Part shown: positions 34,283-38,738 of the stretch, piece after piece | Position numbering within the stretch: the first letter of the stretch is position 1 | Layout: each line of letters opens with the position of its first letter | Translations under genes and position numbers: made by a program | Notes under the pieces: generated by a model | The model's input: only the letters and a program-made list of their open reading frames with translations | Database searches by the model: none | What the model was told of the DNA's origin: nothing | IMG/VR virus record: IMGVR_UViG_3300037484_000300 | Location: 1-38,738 of that record | Reading direction: 5' to 3' (one strand) | DNA length: 38,738 nt | Origin: a virus | Taxonomy: Duplodnaviria; Caudoviricetes

Positions 34283-34395
34283 TATAAATGATGGGTGCGG
34301 GTCAAGAATAGCAACAGCTCTTTAATGTTGTTTGATCTTACTAAAGCGTCAAGTTTGTGCAAATCCTATTTTCACTGTATATTCATAGATACTTC

Positions 34396-34424
34396 TTGAC
34401 ATACTAATCATAGTTGCCTATAAT
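34396..34424 (+). promoter_or_regulatory. Consensus sigma70 promoter
   Basis: TTGACA-17-TATAAT. Confidence 0.85.
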
Positions 34425-34432
34425 TCCAACCC

Positions 34433-34867
34433 ATGAGAAACGATCAAAATCGAGAAACGCTAATTGAAATTCTAAAAACTTATTCTCTAACTGCCGGCGA
34501 TGCAGCTTTTTATTCTAAATATACTAGTAACTATATTTGTCAATGTAAGCTAGGATTTCGTACTCCAACTAAAATTTTATTAACCAATTTAATTAAAGGT
34601 TTAATAAGATCATATTCAGAAATAAGTAAAATTGATGCTGATATTACACAGAAACAATTCGCCGCCAAACTCAAGCAGCACAATGTTCTACCACGACATC
34701 TATATAAAATATTACCATACGTTAAAAATACTATTGCTAGTCAACTTTATAGATTACGTAAAGGTATTTTATGTGCAGATTTATTTCTAGATATAGCTTC
34801 ACAGGTTACTTATACAATGGGTATGAATGCTAAAACTATAGGTAAGAAATATGAGCATTACTTATGA
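34433..34867 (+). CDS. Putative transcription regulator with one or two XRE-like HTH units
   Basis: LIEILKTYSLTAGDAA...TSNYICQCKLGFRTP pattern; second similar unit; divergent position. Confidence 0.5.
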   Translation: MRNDQNRETLIEILKTYSLTAGDAAFYSKYTSNYICQCKLGFRTPTKILLTNLIKGLIRSYSEISKIDADITQKQFAAKLKQHNVLPRHLYKILPYVKNTIASQLYRLRKGILCADLFLDIASQVTYTMGMNAKTIGKKYEHYL

Positions 34868-35264
34868 GATCCCAGGTTGCTATATTAATTTAATTTTACC
34901 TTTTACTGTAAAACCTAAGAAAGCACCCAAATTTAGCAAAGGACATGTTTATAGTGTTAATAAAGATGAAGAAACAAGTATTCAGCTATTAGCTCGTAAC
35001 TATATGCGTAGGAATCAATTGAATATAATAACACGCCCCTGCGAAGTTTATTTAACCATTGGTTTTAAGTTGCCGATTAAACTTAAAAACATGACCTATT
35101 TACCTAAAATGGATAAAGTCCCAGATGCAGATAATCTTGCTAAACAAATCCTGGATGGCATAAAAAAAGTTTGTATTTTTGATGACAGGATAGTTTATAA
35201 ACTTACCGTAGAAAAAGTTTATGCTGAAACAGAATTTACCCAAATATCAATCAAGCAACATTAA
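34851..35264 (+). CDS. rusA: RusA-family Holliday junction resolvase
   Basis: PDADNLAKQILDG...FDDRIV...EKVY catalytic motif. Confidence 0.9.
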   Translation: MSITYEIPGCYINLILPFTVKPKKAPKFSKGHVYSVNKDEETSIQLLARNYMRRNQLNIITRPCEVYLTIGFKLPIKLKNMTYLPKMDKVPDADNLAKQILDGIKKVCIFDDRIVYKLTVEKVYAETEFTQISIKQH

Positions 35265-35332
35265 CGCTTTCTTAATATCCATCTATCCTTCTAGTCTATC
35301 TAAGCTTATCTAAATATATTTTCATAAAACAC

Positions 35333-35360
35333 TTGACATTATATTATAGTGAGCTATAAT
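35333..35360 (+). promoter_or_regulatory. Strong sigma70 promoter
   Basis: TTGACA-16-TATAAT. Confidence 0.75.
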
Positions 35361-35405
35361 TACATTGTAGGATGAGAAATAAATAATTAATAAAGGAGAA
35401 TTAAC

Positions 35406-35528
35406 ATGGAAAACATAATTTACTATTACAGAGCTACTACAGAATTATATAAATTAATATTTAAGACTCGTGAAGAATATAACAAGTGGTTAGTCTCTAG
35501 ATCAATAAAACTTAATGGTAAAAACTAA
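35406..35528 (+). CDS. Small hypothetical protein (40 aa), not in ORF track
   Basis: AAAGGAG RBS; first ORF after the promoter. Confidence 0.65.
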   Translation: MENIIYYYRATTELYKLIFKTREEYNKWLVSRSIKLNGKN

Positions 35529-35539
35529 AGGAGAATTTT

Positions 35540-35881
35540 ATGAAAAGCACAGCAACACAAATTAACAGCTTAATAGATAGTTTTACTATTTATCAAGCGG
35601 CACAAACTGCTTTATATATGGATAACATAGGTAAAATGAACTTATCCAATGAAATGAAGGGGGATTTATTAAGAAAGATTAAGACTTGCGAAGCAGTTAT
35701 AAAACTTGCATTAGCTAGTACTAAATCAGATGAATTAATAAAGATATTTGAGATATATAAAAGGATTATACTAGCACAAAATATAGCTAAAAAAGAATTA
35801 TCTGCTGACTATTTGCATACTTATGAACTTGCTATCAGGTTAGCGTTACGTAACTTAGATAAAAAGACCATAAACGACTAA
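35540..35881 (+). CDS. Hypothetical helical protein
   Basis: AAAGGAG RBS. Confidence 0.75.
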   Translation: MKSTATQINSLIDSFTIYQAAQTALYMDNIGKMNLSNEMKGDLLRKIKTCEAVIKLALASTKSDELIKIFEIYKRIILAQNIAKKELSADYLHTYELAIRLALRNLDKKTIND

Positions 35882-35904
35882 ATAAAAAGAGAAGAGGAGA
35901 GTAA

Positions 35905-36306
35905 ATGCAAATAACACTACAAATGCTTACAGATTGGGATGCTTGTAAAGATGGTATAGATTGGTTTAATAAGAGGTATAAAGATGGAACAATTGAGTTT
36001 GATATCTTAGTTAAGGATTTAAAAGATGCTTATAAATACTTTTATCTAAATTGGTTAGTAACAAGACTACTAACAAAAGATAATTGCGTTAGATACGTTA
36101 TATATGCCGCTGAATCTGTATTACATATTTTCGATGATTTGAGACCACGCAAAACTATCAAAGCTGCTAAAGAATATTTAAATACTAAAACTGCTGCTGC
36201 TGCTGCTAAAGCTGCTGCTGATGCTGCTTATGCTGCTACTGCTGATGTTGCCATGTATATAAAGATTATAGATTATGGTTTGGAATTGCTAAAGGAACAA
36301 GAATGA
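35905..36306 (+). CDS. Imm5-like protein, short-repeat paralogue of 1250-1834
   Basis: High similarity to 1250-1834; lacks four residues of the EDKYPDD segment and most of the Ala repeat. Confidence 0.75.
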   Translation: MQITLQMLTDWDACKDGIDWFNKRYKDGTIEFDILVKDLKDAYKYFYLNWLVTRLLTKDNCVRYVIYAAESVLHIFDDLRPRKTIKAAKEYLNTKTAAAAAKAAADAAYAATADVAMYIKIIDYGLELLKEQE

Positions 36307-36367
36307 AATATTTACACGCATATTATACCTCAATAGGTAACAAGATGGCCTAACGACTAAATAAAAA

Positions 36368-36390
36368 GAGGGCTGTTAACCGCAGCCCTC
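36368..36390. terminator. GC-rich hairpin; intrinsic terminator (U-tract on the minus strand)
   Basis: GAGGGCTG-TTAACCG-CAGCCCTC preceded by AAAAA. Confidence 0.6.
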
Positions 36391-36427
36391 TAACATCATC
36401 GATCATATAAACGCAAAGGAGGAAAAT

Positions 36428-36595
36428 ATGATGCTTAAATATAATAACATTCATGAAGAGGAATGGCAAGACATCTTAAAAAAAGTGTCTATGCCAATGA
36501 CTACAGAAGATATAGAATTGCAAAAGGCTTGGAGATTAGAAAATTGTCCAGATATGGATGGAATAGAACGTTATGAAGATAAGCATGGGGTGTAA
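36428..36595 (+). CDS. Small acidic protein (55 aa) upstream of the kinase gene, not in ORF track
   Basis: AAAGGAGG RBS; MMLKYNNIHEEEWQDILKK. Confidence 0.7.
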   Translation: MMLKYNNIHEEEWQDILKKVSMPMTTEDIELQKAWRLENCPDMDGIERYEDKHGV

Positions 36596-37430
36596 TTCTA
36601 TGTTTTCCTGCTCTCAATCTCTTTTTCTTCCTAAACCCTTATTCTTTACTCAATTTACTGAAATATCTATAAAATCCTCTATATCTGCAACACACAATGG
36701 AGGTTATTATAGCTATAATCCTACTGGAGAATTATATTATTTAAAATTTTCTGATGGTGGGGATAGCAAATTAAAAAATAGCGTAGAAATCTTAGCTACT
36801 TATTTATTTAAATTAGCTGGCATTCCTGTGCCCAATAATCATTTAGTTTTAAATGGTAATAAAAAAGATGATTTATATTATAAATATGGGATAGGAGTAG
36901 CCTCTTTAATTGATAGCTCTTTTATTGCATTAGACAATCAACCAAGTATACAACCATTCAAACTAATTGGATTAACAGAAATGTTTATAACATCAGCATG
37001 GTTAGCCGATTGGGATGCTATTGGATGTAATGTAGGTACACATCTAACAGAATCTAAATCTACAGAAGCGTTTAGAATAGATTTCGGAACAGCTCTAAAT
37101 CAAGGATATGGCGGAGATTATTCTTTATTTAAAGATCACTTTAACAAAGAAGTATTAGAAATAGACTTTTTTCGTAACGAACGTAATCAAGCTCCATCCC
37201 CAGAAATTCATCAAGATAAACTTATAAAAATCTTCGGACATATAACTGATGAAGATATTTCTAATGCCTTACATTGTATTAAAAATATTTCTAACAATGA
37301 TATACAATGCTTAGTCTATAACTTATATCCAGAAACCTATGATCGTGAAAATATAGCTAATATATTAATTTCAAGAAAAGAATACTTAGAGAAAAGATTT
37401 GATCATGCAAACGTATTGACATTCAATTAA
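36573..37430 (+). CDS. Atypical kinase, HipA / PI3-PI4-kinase-like fold
   Basis: GG..YYLK, EILATYLFKLAGIPVP, catalytic AWLADWDAIGCN and RIDFG motifs. Confidence 0.7.
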   Translation: MKISMGCNSMFSCSQSLFLPKPLFFTQFTEISIKSSISATHNGGYYSYNPTGELYYLKFSDGGDSKLKNSVEILATYLFKLAGIPVPNNHLVLNGNKKDDLYYKYGIGVASLIDSSFIALDNQPSIQPFKLIGLTEMFITSAWLADWDAIGCNVGTHLTESKSTEAFRIDFGTALNQGYGGDYSLFKDHFNKEVLEIDFFRNERNQAPSPEIHQDKLIKIFGHITDEDISNALHCIKNISNNDIQCLVYNLYPETYDRENIANILISRKEYLEKRFDHANVLTFN

Positions 37431-37444
37431 TTTTATAGTATTGT
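37416..37444 (+). promoter_or_regulatory. sigma70-like promoter
   Basis: TTGACA-17-TATTGT upstream of an AAAGGAG RBS. Confidence 0.55.
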
Positions 37445-37476
37445 ATAATTGTTACTAACAATAAAGGAGAAACAGA

Positions 37477-37754
37477 ATGGCTAAAATGTTTGATTTAAAA
37501 AATACTAATGATCTTCCAAACTGCATAAAATATGGAAAAAATACTTTAGGTTTTGGTGATGCTAGAGCATCAAATCTCTTCGACTTAAATAAATTGGTCT
37601 CTTCCGCATGTTCAAAGTTATTCGTAAAAAGGCTGGAATTGCATCTGCTTTAGATCTCTTGCGCAGACAAAATCTACTTAAAAGAAACGGAAAAAATACT
37701 TGGATAAAAATAAAAGGGGCAAAAAAGGAGAATGGAAATGGAAAGACAAATTAG
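37477..37754 (+). pseudogene. Probable frameshifted winged-helix gene
   Basis: Strong RBS and 58-aa ORF (37477-37653); another frame continues IGLFRMFKVIRKKAGIASALDLLRRQNLLKRNGKNTWIK to 37754. Confidence 0.45.
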
Positions 37755-37947
37755 TTTAGGATCATTTAACGAGATATGCTCAAATAATCCACCGGATTAC
37801 TATAAAGAGCGTGTAACATACTGGAAGCCAAGCATGGGAATGAAACCTTCCAACATGACGCCAGAGAAGATGCAAGAAGCTTTAAAAAGACTTGCAGTAA
37901 CATCTCAATTATTTGTACTTAATCCAATAAGGAAAAATCATGAGTAA
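37732..37947 (+). CDS. Hypothetical protein
   Basis: AAGGAG RBS. Confidence 0.65.
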   Translation: MEMERQISLGSFNEICSNNPPDYYKERVTYWKPSMGMKPSNMTPEKMQEALKRLAVTSQLFVLNPIRKNHE

Positions 37948-38086
37948 TAATGAATTATCCCCTAAAATTCAGGAACTTCACTATTGGTTAGATCAATTAG
38001 AGAGATCGTGTCAAAGTAAAATATATCGATTGCAATGCATGGTGGATGAAATCAAAGAAGAAATAGAGAAAAAGGAGAGATCATGA
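37940..38086 (+). CDS. Small coiled-coil protein (48 aa), not in ORF track
   Basis: AAGGA RBS; stop overlaps the ERF start (ATGA). Confidence 0.65.
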   Translation: MSNNELSPKIQELHYWLDQLERSCQSKIYRLQCMVDEIKEEIEKKERS

Positions 38087-38718
38087 AAACATCTGAATCA
38101 ATTTCAAAGCTTGCACCAGCTTTATTAAAAGCGCAATCTGCTATTACTTTTGCAGTTAAGAACGAAAACAACCCTTTCTTTAAAAATAAATATGCAGATT
38201 TGCCAAAAGTTATAGATGCTGTTAAAAGCGCACTAAATGACGCTGGTATTGTTTTCTTACAAACCCCTTCTCCAAGCGAGGATAATAAGCTACATTTAAC
38301 TACACGGCTTCTACATGAGTCTGGAGAGTGGATAGAAGACACTGCTGTAACTCCGCTAGTTAAACAAGACCCACAAGGCTTTGGTTCTGCTGTTACTTAT
38401 CTTAGACGTTATTGTTTGGCTAGTATCATAGGGTTATATCAAGATGACGATGATGGTAACGGAACTATAGAAAAACCTAAGGTTAAAAGCAAATGTATAG
38501 ATAAACCAGTATTAGCCTATAATCTTGAAAACTTAATAGAAGCAATTCAATTCACCAGTACAATCGAGGAGCTGTCATCAGTATATAAGAGTGCGTATAT
38601 TACAGTATCTAGCGCTAGTAAAAATGGGACGGGAAAACCGGGAGATTTAGAGAAAGTAGTAAAGGTTTACAACAATAGAAAAGATGTTTTAAATGAACAA
38701 AGTAATGGGATAATTTAG
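38083..38718 (+). CDS. erf: ERF-family single-strand annealing recombinase
   Basis: NPFFKNKYADL, LLHESGEWIE, QGFGSAVTYLRRYCL and DDDGN motifs. Confidence 0.92.
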   Translation: MKTSESISKLAPALLKAQSAITFAVKNENNPFFKNKYADLPKVIDAVKSALNDAGIVFLQTPSPSEDNKLHLTTRLLHESGEWIEDTAVTPLVKQDPQGFGSAVTYLRRYCLASIIGLYQDDDDGNGTIEKPKVKSKCIDKPVLAYNLENLIEAIQFTSTIEELSSVYKSAYITVSSASKNGTGKPGDLEKVVKVYNNRKDVLNEQSNGII

Positions 38719-38738
38719 AAGAATGGAATAATTTAATG

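Noticed and set aside
1250-36306. Diversity-generating retroelement TR/VR pair (the two Imm5-like copies)
   Set aside because: Differences include many C/T synonymous changes and indels rather than adenine-specific ones, and no reverse transcriptase is present
38052-38342. Minus-strand 96-aa ORF (and plus-strand 33243-33461)
   Set aside because: Antisense shadows of the ERF and zinc-finger genes
1-38738. Alternative genetic code or stop-codon recoding
   Set aside because: Core genes are full length under the standard code and all three stop codons end genes

Overview
The window is a complete, circularly permuted genome (about 38.6 kb, AT-rich) of a P22-like podophage. Bases 1-127 are identical to 38612-38738, most likely an assembler overlap. 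The minus strand (31.6 kb down to 4.1 kb) carries the morphogenesis block: TerS, TerL, portal, scaffold, P22-type coat, gp4/gp10-like tail hub, three ejection proteins, a head-binding/collar fibre, an 1883-aa multi-beta-helix fibre, an M15 endolysin and holin-like genes. The plus strand (34.4 kb across the junction to 4.0 kb) carries early/accessory genes: HTH regulator, RusA, a HipA/PI-kinase-like protein, ERF recombinase, an Rnl2-type RNA ligase, two Imm5-like and two LRR-like paralogues, and spanins, which indicate a Gram-negative host. A small replication module at 33.1-34.3 kb has a wHTH protein and four palindromic iterons. I recognised no integrase, ParA, helicase, primase or DNA polymerase. 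The most striking non-coding signals are: (1) five perfect DnaA boxes in two clusters directly upstream of the -35 elements of the portal and scaffold/capsid promoters; (2) several accessory genes bracketed by 19-25 bp direct repeats that copy the 3' end or RBS of the upstream gene; (3) a long stem plus an 11-bp pseudoknot in the leader of the putative initiator gene; (4) a perfect 19-bp inverted repeat linking the late promoter and the early control region; (5) three apparently leaderless mRNAs. All protein assignments are from motifs recognised by eye; no database searches were run.
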